From: Lama glama
Taxonomy: Eukaryota
Assembly: GCA_028534125.1 (NCBI GenBank)
Contig: CM052818.1
Location: 34,226,001-34,290,000 of the forward strand
Length of the DNA: 64,000 bases
Direction: 5' to 3'
This document shows, one piece after another, positions 1 through 11,548 of this stretch (its first letter is position 1; each line of letters opens with the position of its first letter). The notes under the pieces were generated by a model. The model made no database searches, was not told the DNA's origin, and was given only the letters and a program-made list of their open reading frames with translations. The position numbers were made by a program, and so were the translations under genes.

Positions 1-778
1 TACTGGGGGTGGGATCTGTAGCCGGGGCTGGAGGGCACTGAGATGGAGGTGGGAGGCTGGGACAATAGCACAGGTGAGACACCCAAGGAGGTCCCTCTAG
101 GGAAGAGGCAGGAGGTGGGATCTAGGGGGCAGTACAGTGGGAAGGCTGGAAGCCCTTGCTGATTTTTAGCCCCAGGTTTGTTGACTGTGACTTTGTTCTC
201 TTGTTAACAGGACCTCCCTGGCACCCTGAGCCGGGCTGAGAGCACAGGCATATACAAAACCTTCAGGTGTTGCCAGGTGCTCATCAACAGGAGACACACA
301 GGTGCCTCGGGGCTGTTTGAGTTAAAAAACACAGGGTTCTAGGTGGCTGTAAGGGAAGTTGGGCCCACATACTGACATTTCTCCAGGAACTTCTTGGGTA
401 TTCCTTGAAATGTCCATTGGAACTGGTCGAGGATTTCATGTTGGTTACCAAGGCAACCACTAGTAAAACCAGAGACTTTAAAAGATACCCAATTAATGAA
501 TTGATTGAAAACTTGGAAATCTTTTACCAGATCCAGGAGAGATAACAGACATTTCTGTAAAGCTGTTATGCATACAAACGTGCAGAGGAAAACACTGGCT
601 CAAATGGACTGAACCCAGGCTAGTGTAGGATGCTTCTGAGGAAGACAGGAGGAGAGAGGAGGGAAGGGCAGGCTCAGGGCCTGGTCCCAGGACCCTGGCC
701 AGAAAGTGCACGGAGCTGCTGGGCCCCGTTAGGCTCCAACCACACACGTGTACTGTCCATCCCAGCCCACGGACTCAC

Positions 779-854
779 CTTGCATCTTAGCAGTGGCGAT
801 AACGTCACCGGCCGAGATGCTGGACACATTGACCAGGTAGATTGGACAGTGAGT
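779..854 (-). CDS. DPYSL5: DPYSL5 exon 7, codons 239-263 plus first base of Gly264
   Basis: gtgtttAG|ACT CAC TGT ... ATG CAA G|GTGAGT; 76 nt encoding THCPIYLVNVSSISAGDVIATAKMQ(G). Confidence 0.98.
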
Positions 855-1807
855 CTAAACACAGGAGACATGATGGGAAGGAGAGAGCATCAACCCCCAA
901 AACCTAACAAGCATCAAGATAACCAGACCAGCTCAGTCCTGGCCCCCGAAACACCCCTGCCCTGCATCGCTCAGCTCGACCCTCAGGGTGATGGTCTCCT
1001 GCTGGGAACACAGGCTGGGGAACCCCACAAAGCAAGGAGGGGACAGGCAGCGCTGGGCACCAGAGCCCAGCAGGGGAACCTTGGGGCAAGGTGTTGAGGG
1101 CTGGACCTCACATTTTCTACCAGCCAACACCAAGACTATTTACAACTTAAAATGAGGGACTGTTTTACTTTCCTTTTCATGAACATGATGACCTAGAGAA
1201 AGTTATGTATTATATTCCATATCCAAAATTATGATGCCTGCCATCTAAGGGCTGCTTTATCAGCAGACAGACTGTATCCCAGAGAAGAAACAATACACAA
1301 GAGGTTCAGGGTTCAGAGTCTACACCAGACAGGAGTGTTCTTGCAAATGGACACCTGGATTGTAAGACTGATTAGCTTTTCCTCTACCAAGCTGTCCAAC
1401 CAAGGTCCATGGCTTCACTTCTCTTGGCATATGTTTGAGTTAAAAAACAAGGAACTCCCCTTTTGTTGTTCGGATCCTTCCTTATTCTGGGGTGAGTCTC
1501 CATCAAGAAGTAATTGATAACATAACTACTGTTATAACAGTAAAACAATGTCTTTGTCCAGCTCCTAGACTTACAAAGGGCTAATGGGAAACTGTTTTCC
1601 CAAATATTATTCTGATGCCTTCTTTGCTTATCAGATTAGGAGGACAAGAATTTAGGAACCGGCCTGACATTTGATGTGCTTGGCAGAAGTTTCCTGACTA
1701 GTTTTGAGACCAGCAGGACCTCCAACCTCTCTGTGTTCCCCTGGTGTTCCTAACAACAAACACCCGCTGCTTACAGCCTTCGGGGGAGCCCAGGTCTTTC
1801 CAGAGGA

Positions 1808-2010
1808 GAAATTCTCAAGAGTTAGCGCCCGTTAGGAATCATTAGCGGGCTTGTTAAAACACAGGTTGCTGGGGGTCACCGGGTGTCAGCCTGTTTCTGA
1901 TCCAGTGGATCTGCACAGGTCTGAGCATTTGCACTTCTGAGTTCCTATTTCTAATAAATGATACCAATGCGGCTGGTGCAGGGACCTCACTTAGAAAACT
2001 AATGTTCTAG
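1808..2010. mobile_element. MER5A-like hAT-Charlie non-autonomous DNA transposon
   Basis: Contains ggcttgttaaaacacaggttgctggg, gtttctgatccagtgg and gctggtgcagggacctcacttagaaaac, typical MER5A segments. Confidence 0.7.
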
Positions 2011-2084
2011 AGAAGATAGTTTATATTCTCTGAGCAAATTGAACCCTTTAATGATGGTTTAGGAGGAGAAATGACCTTGGTACG

Positions 2085-2240
2085 GGCTGTACTGTTGATA
2101 AAGTGCTTTTCCTTTCATGACTCCTTTGATCCTCACAACCATCCTGTGAGGAGTGGGTGATATTACCATTCCAATTTTAGATACTCAATAGTGTATCAGA
2201 GAGACTGCCTTGCATACAATGGGAAACTTGTCTGGTCAAA
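2085..2240 (-). mobile_element. MIR SINE fragment
   Basis: tttgatcctcacaaccatcctgtgagg...attaccattccaatttta is the reverse-complement MIR core. Confidence 0.65.
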
Positions 2241-2686
2241 GCCTCATGTCTCTTGCTCGTTCCCACCACCATGCTACATCAGCTCCTGCTTACCCTGAAC
2301 CAGCAAGGAAAAATTATGAATGGCCCAGAGACAGAGGTTTAAATCATGGTTCTCTAAGCAAACATCTCTCTATTCCTCTACAAGAAACAGATTTCAGTTG
2401 CCATGAGCTCTGAGGTCCCCACCTTGCCCTGCCTTGGGAGCCATTTCCACTTGAGCAATGAACCAGGTCCCAGCAAGCTCAGTGGGGATGAAACGCAGAG
2501 CTGGTGGCAAGGAGGACTCCTGCCAGGTCTGTGGGAATAACAATGTTTACTTAGCAAACAGTGTTCATTTGGGGTCCTGGGAGCCAGGCACAGAGCTGGC
2601 ATCCACCAGAATGGGACTCCACCATACAGACTGGTTTCTGATCCCAGAGTTGAGAATGGGCTTAGGGTGAGTTGGCGTCTACTTAC

Positions 2687-2731
2687 CCTGTTTGCAATGG
2701 TGATAACTCGATGAGTGGCTTCAGCTTCCAG
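2687..2731 (-). CDS. DPYSL5: DPYSL5 exon 6, codons 224-238
   Basis: ttccaacAG|CTG GAA GCT ... AAC AGG|GTAAGT; 45 nt encoding LEAEATHRVITIANR. Confidence 0.98.
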
Positions 2732-3111
2732 CTGTTGGAAACAGAGAACAGAAAGAAAACAAGCTTCACCAACTCCCCAAACAAGCTTACATCTGCCTGA
2801 GACCCCACCTGATGGAAAGCACTGGAACGTCTGACACAGGGCCGAGGGGGACAGCTGGCTCTGAGTGGGGAGAAGCCCAGGGCAGGGGCACCAAGCTCCA
2901 ATCACCTTTGCTCACATTGAGAGAATCCCAGGACTTAGTGATCCAGGCACATCTTCGCTGGATGCTGCTAAGGGCTTAAAGGCAACAAAATGAGCAAACA
3001 AAAACCCAGAGTCACAGTTTCTCTGGTTTCTGGTGCATTCTCTCCACAGACATCTCAGAACTGTAGCAAAGGAGCAATACTGACTGACTTCAAGCTGGAA
3101 CTGGCCTAGAT

Positions 3112-3325
3112 CAGTTTTCTGAACCTCAGCACTACTGACATTTTGGATGAGATAATTCTCGCTGGTGGGGGCCGTCTGGGCGTTGGAGGCTCTTCAGCAG
3201 CATCCTTCAACTCTACCTACTGGAGGCCAGTAACATCCTCCCCCCGCCCCAAGCTGGGATAAACAAGTATCTTTAGACATTGCCAAATGTCCCTGGGGAG
3301 AACAATCTCTCCGGTTTAGACCCAG
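3112..3325. mobile_element. MER20 DNA transposon
   Basis: aacctcagcactactgacattttggatgagataattct ... agacattgccaaatgtccctgggg. Confidence 0.8.
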
Positions 3326-3810
3326 GACACTTCCCTTCAATCAATAGATGATGATGGTGATAATTTTTGCTATTACTACCCCTACACTCAGAGCTTGGCT
3401 CTTCTCCCCTAGAACTCCAAAAGGTCCAGTCCTGTGCCCGTCCCCTAACCATCCCTGTTCTCATAGACAGTCTCAGTGTATTGACTTTGTTCAATCCAGT
3501 GTATCTTTCTCTACCAACTCTGAGGTGCCCAAACAGGAACTACAGTCAAGGGCTCTGACAGACCTAGGGCAAGAACAAGGTGGGACCACAATCCCCCAGC
3601 TGACCCACTAGGCTGATTTGGTTCCTGTCTGAGGACAGTACCATCACATCCTGTCTCCAGCTCCTTGTCCCTCAAGGCCTCTCCATCAATCCCTCATGGA
3701 CATCCAACCACCGCTCTGCATTTAAGGCTTTGAAGAAATGGAAAATAGCCTTCCCCTCACCAATGGTAGAGGATGTCTGAACAGGGTCATAGGGCAAGAA
3801 TACATTATTT

Positions 3811-3969
3811 GGGGAGGGTATAGCTCAGGGGTAGAGTGCACGCTTTGCATGCACATGGTCCTGGGTTCAATCCCCAGTACCTCTCATAAAGTAAATAAAC
3901 CTAATTACCTCCCCACTCCCTGGCCAAAAATAAATAAATAATTACATCTAAAATACATTAAAAGAAAAA
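3811..3969 (+). mobile_element. Camelid tRNA-Ala-derived SINE (vic-1 type), long form
   Basis: ggggagggtatagctcaggggtagagtg (A box), gggttcaatcccc (B box), aaacctaattacctcccc segment and A-rich tail; TSD aagaat(a/g)cattattt at 3796-3810 and 3970-3984. Confidence 0.9.
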
Positions 3970-4590
3970 AAGAATGCATTATTTGTCTAATGTGGTCTCT
4001 CCAGAGCCGAATTCTTCAGCAAGGGGGATCTGGGGGGTTTGTGATGACATCTTGCAAAATTGTGCAAGGAGAACACCAGAGGGCAGAGAGAGAGCAGGGC
4101 GGTTAGTTACCATCTTAGGAATAGGAAAAGGGGAAAGAGCACAGACATGCATGTGCCTCTCGTTTCTGGTGGGAAGGGTCCAAAGTTCTCTTCAGATGCT
4201 CAAAGAGATCTTATCCCCATAATGCTGTCACTGGCTTATAACCTGGAATTTCTTCTAACATTTGAAGGTCCTTTCAGTCTGTCTTTTCTCTCCCGATTCA
4301 ATTCTGGGCAAAGCAACCCCTGGCATGAGCACATTGCCTCCCTCAGATCCTTGAAATCAGAACCCAGTGAGGTGGGTCTGGTTTCCCCCAAGTTGCCTTC
4401 CCCAGGGAAGCCCCAGGCCAGCTCAGCTGTAGCACGGAGGAAGCTGTTCCCTGGGAAGCTTCCAGATGGGAGTTTCGCCCATGGAGAAAGTGATACCATA
4501 CAACTTACATTTACTGATGTATCTTTTATCCTAAAGAATCTCCAAACCTTTAAGAAAAAAGTTGACAAAGGACACAGAACTCTTCCTCAC

Positions 4591-4659
4591 CTCCTCTGGA
4601 CGGCTGATCTCAATTCCTTCAGGGCCTGTGATACCCAGATCTAGCGCCTCCTTAGCGCC
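4591..4659 (-). CDS. DPYSL5: DPYSL5 exon 5, codons 201-223
   Basis: attcAG|GGC GCT AAG ... GAG GAG|GTGAGG; 69 nt encoding GAKEALDLGITGPEGIEISRPEE. Not captured by the ORF track. Confidence 0.98.
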
Positions 4660-5458
4660 CTGAATAATAGCAATAGAAAGAATATTGAGAGGATCATAGA
4701 GATACAAAATAATATTGAACCCAAGGGACAGTGAAATATGCTAGACACAGCCCATTCCCATAGACTTGCTGCACTTCTCACTTCTGTAATATTCATCTTC
4801 TATAAAGAGGGCAAGATAAGCACAGGGCTCCCGAGTCTCACTTCATAATGATTGAAAATATCTTTTCCTCTTAAGAATACAGTTTAGTCACCAGCCAGCA
4901 GGCCTGGGACACTAAAGACAAGCATGCTTTATTGATCTGAAAATCAGAATTTCCTCACTGGCAATCTAGTGAAATCTCGAGCTTCCAGCGATGCCTAGAT
5001 TAACCCAACCCTAAACATCCTACTTAAGACCTAGGAGTACAAAAGGGCTTGTCATCTTGGCATCAGTGAGAAGATCCTTAGAATAGCTCAGCTCCTCTGG
5101 AGGAGGCACAGGGAAGGGGAAAGCTGACTCTTAGTTATTCTGTATGTCAAATCTCATTAAAAATACTTCTTAGAGGTGCTCCAAATTCCTTTGCTATAAT
5201 GGAAGTTAAATATCATATTAGAATTAAGACCTCATCAACCAAGACTTAGAAATCCTTCTGAACTATACAAAGAGACTTGTTTTTTACAGACAATAGAAAA
5301 GTCTGGATTTTGGGACAAAGATTTGTCATCTGGGGTGTTAACATCTCACACTTGTTTTTATATTTTGTTTTATAGGATGAGTAATGGGTGGTCCGGAATC
5401 CCCAAGAACTGCCTCTTTTGGTGCCCCCCACTTTCCCCAATATTCTCTACCGCCTTGC

Positions 5459-5638
5459 CTCAGCCACAAGCTCCCCGTTTTCAGCATGGACTCGAGCGAT
5501 CGCCCCAATATCCTTGCAAGCATGGAACACTTGGTACAGCTCGCTGTCCCGAAGCATATACAAGTCCTTGTAGGTCATGAACATCTGGAATGAGTTGACA
5601 CCCTTCTCCCTCACCAGGGTCTCCATTTCCACCTTCAC
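5459..5638 (-). CDS. DPYSL5: DPYSL5 exon 4, codons 141-200 (GC splice donor)
   Basis: ctctgcAG|GTG AAG GTG ... GCT GAG|GCAAGG; 180 nt encoding [60 protein letters not shown]. Confidence 0.96.
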
Positions 5639-7607
5639 CTGCAGAGCAAAGTGTAAAGCAAGGCCATGTGAGTACACATATCCAGGAGGTGGACTGCTGG
5701 ACGCAGGCCCAGTGTGGAGGAGATGGGGGTCCGTCGATGGAGCCACCACAACACCACCTGCAACCTCTCAGTATCTTGCTTTCCTCCCACTCCACCAGCT
5801 GCTGTGAGGTCATGTGAGCAAATGGAAGTACTCTGAAAATTGTCCTTATGACACAAATATAGGAACTAAATCGTGGCATTCTCTGGGCATGTTTCTCCTA
5901 TCACATAGGCTGGTCCTGTGGTTCTGTCTCCAAATCAGCCTTCATGGTAAATGCACTAATGACTTACACCTGTGGCCCATTCCCTCCACCCCCCCCCTTC
6001 ACCCCGCATAGTGGAAGAAGTGTTACAGAGAAGGCACACTAATACTAAAAATCCAGAGACCTGGGGAAAATCTAATTTAGGGTCAAAGCCAAGCATGATC
6101 CAAAGCTATGTGAATAAGGATATTCATCCCAACATTATTTATACTAGGAAAGAATGGAAGAAACATTGGTCTAACAATAGGAAAATAAATAGTGATTCAC
6201 CTACTTGACAGAACATTCGGTGGCCACGGCATTGATGGTCATGAAGGCCGTGCAACCAAATGGAAAATGCTCACACTTCAGTGAAAGAAAGCAGGTATGA
6301 AAAAAGACCTGAAGGAAATAAGCTAAAAATAATAGTGATTGTGTCAGGGGTGACTGGTTATATGCTTCCTTTCTTTTCTATTTTTTAAATCTGTACTTAG
6401 AAAAAAATTATTTGATTATTATAAAAAAGAATTTAAAATTTTAGACACATGAAAATCTCTACAACCTCTGGGAACTTAGGGATGGCTAGGAGAGAGGCTC
6501 GGGGTAGGGGTCATCCACCCAGGAGGGTGTCCAGAATGGACAAAGCTCCATGTGAGATAAAGGGTGGTTGACATACAGGTGGTCTGCACCTTTTGCCCAG
6601 TACCAGGAAGGGGGGTCTTCATGGTGTAAGGTTGGGGGGCCCCAAGGCCTTTCATAAGTACGTTTGGAAATAATGGAAGAGACTGGGTGAGACCCACACT
6701 CAAGACTCGTAACTGAGGGCAGAAATCCAGCAAGGCTTTTATTTCCCATCTCAGAAGGGAGTCAGGCCCTTTAGACCAGGGTCCATAGCTGGAGACCTTT
6801 GTAAAGTTTCTTAATGCTTGTTTTTTTTGATAATTCCAGGGCACCCACGCAAGTACAGGCTCAGAGTGATTAAGAAATCATTGATGAAAGAATGACTATC
6901 CAGGCTGCTTCCCTGGGGTAATAAGCAATAAAACTCCAGAAATGAAGCAAAATCTGAACGCTACGTGTGTCTGTATTCAGGAAGAACAAGGAAGTGGGAA
7001 TCTGGGGAGAGGGGACGGGACTCTGGCCCTGGGGCCTGGGCAGCGGGAGGACAGGAAAGCCAGGGGCACAGAGGCTGAACTGAGAGAGGGCCCAGTGGGA
7101 GTCAGCCTCGACCACGCATAAGGAGCAGGGCGCTCAGAGCAGCAGCTGGGTCCCAGCAGGAAGGAAGCTCCCCAGTCCATTCATACCAGACAGGAGCCAG
7201 GACAGGACCCTCTGTTCTGAGACCTCAGTGCTGTCACTTCAAGCACAAAATGATCCAACCCTTGGGACCTGACCCTTGCTGAGCCCACTACTCAGCAGCA
7301 AATCCTTACATGTCAGTGGCACTAATGTAAACCATCAGGAGACACTGAGCACCTGTGGTCCAAGCAAGGAGCCAGTGCGCCCTCTATGTCTCCTGGAAAA
7401 CTGGCTCTTTAAGCAAGACAGGCCCACCGCCCCTCTTATGGAATCATAAGTGATTTTTCTTTTGTCATTTGGGGGGGTTAGGATGGTGGTGAGAGGGGTG
7501 TTCCACACTGCAGGAGAACATCACCCCGCCACTGGCTCCCACCAAATGGCCCCCCCCGCCAAAAAAGCCACTGGTTTCTATTTTGGGGTTCCATCCAGCA
7601 CTGTTAC

Positions 7608-7766
7608 CTTGGGTGCCCACCAGGTGATCCCCACGTGGAGGGCGTAGTCACAGCAGACTTTGGGGTCAGCCAGACCCCGGCACTTCTCATAGGCATCCAC
7701 AAGGGAGGTCTCCTTGTCAGGCAGGACGTGGCCAATGATCATGGTGGTACCCCCAACCAGTGCTGC
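7608..7766 (-). CDS. DPYSL5: DPYSL5 exon 3, codons 88-140
   Basis: ctctctcAG|GCA GCA CTG ... CCC AAG|GTAACA; 159 nt encoding AALVGGTTMIIGHVLPDKETSLVDAYEKCRGLADPKVCCDYALHVGITWWAPK. Confidence 0.98.
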
Positions 7767-8868
7767 CTGAGAGAGACGGGAAAAGCAGTCTCATCACATC
7801 TCGACCCCAACCCAAGTCATTGATGTTGGGGGACATGGGGTCCTTGGGGGAACCTTCAGGACAGCCCAACTCTACTGCACAGGAGGCTGGGAAGTCCAAG
7901 TGAAGCAATGTTTGGGAAACTGTGAGGAGCTGTCTGGAGACACAGGGGCCAGTGTGTAACCTTCATCATTGATGTGGATCCAGCACCCAAACCTGCTTCT
8001 TCCTCATCTTGGGTTGCAGCTGGTGCTTTGGAAAAACCACTGAGTGTGTTTGTTACCCGAGCCTCAGGTCAGCCCCTGTTTCCCAAAGAGAAGACCCCCC
8101 AAATGATTTCTGCCAACTTGAATATATAGATGACATAATCAAATGTCTGCCATAATGTAAATCTACTTATAATGTTTATTATTTTAGTTACACATTATAT
8201 ATTTAAACTGTCATGAATAAAATGTTAATTTGAATACATTGTTTTGTTTGGTCTCTCACATTTCATGAAACAGTTCTATTCAAAGTATTTATATGCATCT
8301 TTAACATCAGGGTCTTTGTCTTTAGTTTTTCCAAGAACATTAACTTCATTTCCATCTGTCTTGTTGGAACATTTTAGGTCCCTGTATGATTTGTCAGTGA
8401 AAAATCATCCTATCCACAATCTTCACAAGGTAGCACTTAAAAAGAAATCTTTAAAAAGCCTCATCTGCAATCACAAAGCATACTTTCAGGAATAATTACT
8501 AAATCTGTATTAGAGATCCATCCCCACATCTTTAAAAACTAATTTGGTCAGGCAACCTCCACAAGCTTCCAAAATTACCATTTTTCAGAGGCTAGTCCAG
8601 GCTAATGTGTTGTTCTCCAAAAAACTTCATTAAAATGAAAATTAAAAATTGAGACAGGCTCCCCTAACATGAGTGACTATGAGGGCTTTGATATAAGGTG
8701 ACTCTCTTCTCTTGATGAATTAAAATTTGGACAAAATCTACTCTTTCATTTGAATATCTGAATCCTTACAGTGATTTAGGATCAGCCCCAAATTAGAATA
8801 CCCCCTGTGCCATCTCTCAGCTGAATAACCTCAGCTGGGTTACTTGACATCTCCTATGTAGATTCTTT

Positions 8869-8973
8869 TTTTTTTAATTGAAATACCATCAGTTACAATG
8901 TATCAATTTCTGGTATACAGCACAATGTCCCAGTCATGCATATACATATACATATATTCATTTTCATATTTTG
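8869..8973 (-). mobile_element. Short 5'-truncated LINE-1 3' end inserted into a MIR
   Basis: Poly(T) followed by aattgaaataccatcagttacaatgtatcaatttctggtatacagc; perfect 13-bp TSD atgtagattcttt at 8856-8868 and 8974-8986. Confidence 0.85.
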
Positions 8974-11389
8974 ATGTAGATTCTTTACCTATACCATGGA
9001 AATAGCTTCCTTGCTGGATAGCTGTGAAAGTCAAGTGAATCATCACTTACAGAATAGACTTTGTAAAGACTTTTTTGTCCTAATATGTGTGTTTAATTAT
9101 TCAGAGTCTAGTTGTTTATCTCTGTTTTCTGAACGGGAGAAGAACAGCACAATGAAACTGTCTGAATGAGTTCATGCTTTCCCATTCAGTTAAATCCTCG
9201 ATCATAAGACAGAAATATTGCTGGGGAATAAAGGGCTGGAAAAAAGTTAGTTCAGTGGTCAAACAACAATTTAAATGAAAGTCTTTGCAACACTTATTTT
9301 CCATGCTGACCCTGGTGGGGCTGGTGAGACAATTTCTCTCATTGTAGGAAAACCAGGGGTCTGGCTTCTTGCACAACTTAAAGCAACCAACAGAGGGTGG
9401 TAGTTCTGTGGTCCACGTGTAGGAACTGTGACGGGGGAGGCAGAGAAACAGAGAGAAGGCGAAGGACAGCAGATTGGAGCTTTACTAGCTGGCTTCTATT
9501 TCTGATTTTGCTACATCGTGCCAGGCTGATTCATCCGCACAGCAGGTGTTTGTACTCTATTTTGTCCTGAAATGCATTTCTTGCTTTATATGTTGACACT
9601 GGGGTGTCTGATCTGTTCGGATTTTACACACTAAATTGTTTTATTTTTTTCTGGGGCTCTAGATTGTTTTTCTTTGCACCCCCTCGGTATATCTGTAGCC
9701 TTGCATAGAAAAGAAAGGGAACCTGGAAACAGCATCGTGTTTTAAGAGAGCCAAGACTGTTCTTAATATCTGCGGGTTTCTGAGAGTAGAAAGGGAGGTC
9801 TACCTGCTGAATCTCTGAATAGTTAAAAGTTACAGATCAAGCTAACGAACTGTTACACAGCATCTATTCTATCCTCCTACTCTAACAGATATAGCTTCAT
9901 AGTGACTGAGAAGGCCAGGCTTGAGTTTAGAATCCTCAGGGACCTTGCAGTTTTGCAGTACACTGCAGGGGATGCTGGCCTTCAGCCTCTGCACTTGCCT
10001 CTAGCCCTCACCCCTCAACCCTAGGTACTTCCTGCAGCCCGGACGTCTAAGCTCTGTGCACCCCTCCAAGCTGCTGCCCTGGGCCTGGGCATGCACACAC
10101 TGGTGGTCTGGTCCCCAGGAGGACAGATTCAGGCTAATGCAGGCCCTGGCGGTGCTCAGGCCTGTGACAGGGAATACCAGGGCCCCAGGGTGTGGTATAG
10201 GATTGGAAGAGTGGGCTCTGGGCAGACCTGGGGAAGCTGCCTAGAGTCCAGAGCCCACAGCAGAGGCTCCTTTTGCCTGGGTCTAAGGATAGAAGGAGTC
10301 AGGATCATCCAGCAGTGGTCCTGACTTTCCCAATTACTGGTTATAATCCCGTGTGCCGGCTCTGCATCTCCCTCAGGGGCCCAGAGAGGATTAGGAGGCA
10401 ATTGATGTGAGAGCATCTATAAGCCAGGTAGGGGCACATAAATACTTGGAATAATTTCTGCTGTTCCCTGGGCCTCAAACCAGGAATTTAATAGGATCAG
10501 CAAATATTCCCCCAGCTGCAGGTTCAGGAGCCCAGACCAGATGCTGGATGCATGAGCACTTGTTTCCTCTCAGGCAAGATGCACATAGAGCTGGCTTCTA
10601 AAATATGCACACTTCCCGCCTACGGGATGAATGCCGACAAGCTCAGTCTTTGCGGGAATGTGATATCACAGATGTGACAGACCTTTTTACTGTCATCCCA
10701 CACAAAACAGCCTTGTAGAAATCAACAGCAGAGTGTGACCCAATCCTGTTCTGGAGACTTTCAAAAGGATTATGTTTACGATAATCAAAAGGAAATGTGA
10801 CTGTGTGACTGCTGAATGTTCATGACTGTTTATATGCAAGAAAAGTAAGCTATGAAAGATTTTTAGAAATCAATAGAAATGATGTTTATGGAGGCCAAGT
10901 CTTAACATGGAACAAGGGTGAAGCTATAATGAGTGAAAAAGGCAGAATTCAATATGTGTACCCAAGATGCTTAGAAGTATGTTTAAAAACACACACCCAC
11001 ATAAAGAAAAAAAATGGAAGGAAAAATACTAAAACATTAACAATGACTGTTTTTGGAAGATGAGAGTCTGAGTAATTTATTTTTTCTAATTTTCTGAAAT
11101 TTATTTACTAGAATATACAGTAATATACATTATATATATAATACACATAAAAAAACAAATTTGGAGGAAGCTAAAACTATTCAAAATTTAGTTAACCATG
11201 TTTATGCATTTAAAATATTTTCTTTTAAAGTTATGAAACACTTCGATCATATGGCAAAAGTACAGAAAATAATACAATACATACCCATGAAAGCACTACT
11301 CAAATTTAACAGATGTTAATGTTTTTTACTGTATTTACTTAATTTTTTTTAAATCTAGAGTTTATTGCTTTTTAAAAAAAATTCCAGGT

Positions 11390-11548
11390 GAATTTATTTA
11401 TTTATCTTAATTTTTTGTTTGTCTTTTGGGGGGAGGTAGTTGGGTTTATTTATTTACTTACTTATTTTTGATGGAGGTACTGGGGACTGAACCTAGGACC
11501 TCGTGCGTGCTAAGCATGCGCTCTACCACTGAGCTCTACCCTCTCCCC
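11390..11548 (-). mobile_element. vic-1-type SINE, long form, within an old minus-strand L1 fragment (about 11220-11960)
   Basis: ggaggtactggggactgaacctaggacctcgtgcgtgctaagcatgcgctctaccactgagctctaccctctcccc, preceded by gggggaggtagttgggtttattt and a T-rich tail. Confidence 0.9.

Noticed and set aside
2378..5749. ORFs 2378-2905 and 5447-5749 as independent genes
   Set aside because: They are intron read-through around DPYSL5 exons 6 and 4.
8150..8720. AT-rich stretch possibly derived from an old DNA transposon coding region
   Set aside because: I could not identify TIRs or a convincing transposase motif by eye; it needs a Dfam search.
11428..11450. gaggtagt let-7-like seed
   Set aside because: It is the reverse complement of the long-form SINE internal block, with no precursor hairpin or full let-7 match.
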